DNA from: an uncultured delta proteobacterium
GTDB taxonomy: Bacteria > Desulfobacterota > Binatia > Binatales > Binataceae
DNA: 64,000 bases
Assembly: GCA_963842085.1 (NCBI GenBank)
Contig: CAWJET010000002.1
Location: forward strand, 1,248,001 to 1,312,000
Reading direction: 5' to 3'
The translations under genes and the position numbers were made by a program. The notes under the pieces were generated by a model that had not been told where the DNA came from, searched no databases, and saw only the letters and a list, made by a program, of their open reading frames with translations. Shown in pieces: positions 63,492 to 64,000 of the stretch (the stretch's first letter is position 1; each line of letters begins with the position of its first letter).

Positions 63492-63652
63492 GACTGGCTG
63501 GTGGATGGCGCAGTCTGACGCGAACTGCTCTCCGCGTCAAATTCCCTGATCATTAGGGAAAATAGAGGGAATTTTCGCGATTTTAGCCCTCATGGTGCCG
63601 GTTGCATCCTTAAAAGGCCTTGTCTCCTAAGGAATTTTTGTCCGAATTCCCT
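63492..63652 (-). repeat. att-like repeat plus AATTCCCTG/AGGGAA motif block
   Basis: Reverse complement of 38855-38897, then aaattccctgatcattagggaaaatagagggaatttt and gaattccctg. Confidence 0.6.
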
Positions 63653-63700
63653 GTTCCCCGTCAGCACAAGTTGGACAGTTTTGAGCGACTCAGGAAAAGG
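63652..63700 (+). mobile_element. IS3-family left inverted repeat stub
   Basis: tgttccccgtcagcacaagttggaca, same end as at 24758 and 47753. Confidence 0.75.
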
Positions 63701-64000
63701 ACTTGCAGACGAGCCAGGTGCGATCGGAGCCCTTGCTTCCCTTAATGCCGTCAATTGGAAGCTTGGCAAGTAGCGTTGCGGGCGAGTCGAGAGCGGTGAC
63801 CGCAGAGGGTCACGACTCCGAATCTTCGTCACCCACGAACTCCTCAATAGGGATCCCGGAAGCGCGCGATAGACGAAGAGCGTGCTTGAGCAAGGTCACG
63901 CTGCGGCGATTAATCCACTTGTGAATGGCGGCATTTGATTCGACACGGCTCAGTTGGCGGCGCAGTCAGATCGAGTGCCGGATTCGTTATTTTCCCGGTT

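Noticed and set aside
1-64000. CRISPR array
   Set aside because: No run of 3 or more regularly spaced repeats with unique spacers; the PD-(D/E)XK fragment has no cas neighbours

Overview
GC-rich bacterial accessory region that reads as a heavily decayed mobile-DNA graveyard. The gene families suggest Candidatus Binatota/Binataceae, but that is an inference from recalled families, not a search result. There are no rRNA genes, intact tRNAs or CRISPR arrays. Mobile DNA includes remnants of IS21, IS3, IS5 and IS66, an rve-type transposase fragment, one intact IS630, a 127-bp MITE and prophage debris (excisionase-like HTH, S24 domain, frameshifted terminase small subunit, PD-(D/E)XK fragment, Cro-like ends). 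Nine type II toxin-antitoxin loci are present, most with broken or missing toxins. Apparently intact genes include RecD2, a GT-C-type membrane glycosyltransferase, a secreted Nal1-like trypsin protease, methyltransferases, GFA proteins, YdcF, a CHASE3-PAS protein, Ddn-like and LLM oxidoreductases, an aldo/keto reductase and DUF4189. The best candidate for an undescribed system is a duplicated (~1.6-1.7 kb) two-gene cassette. It encodes a protein of proline-punctuated ~17-residue amphipathic repeats plus a partner of unknown function, and both copies keep a sigma54 -24/-12 promoter. Other items of note: a sigma54-driven 45-aa membrane microprotein missing from the ORF track, a recurrent ~50-bp palindrome at gene breakpoints, a family of tRNA-3'-like/att-like repeats, and an ATPase-less GspE/PilB derivative. 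All calls come from reading the sequence; no database searches were run.
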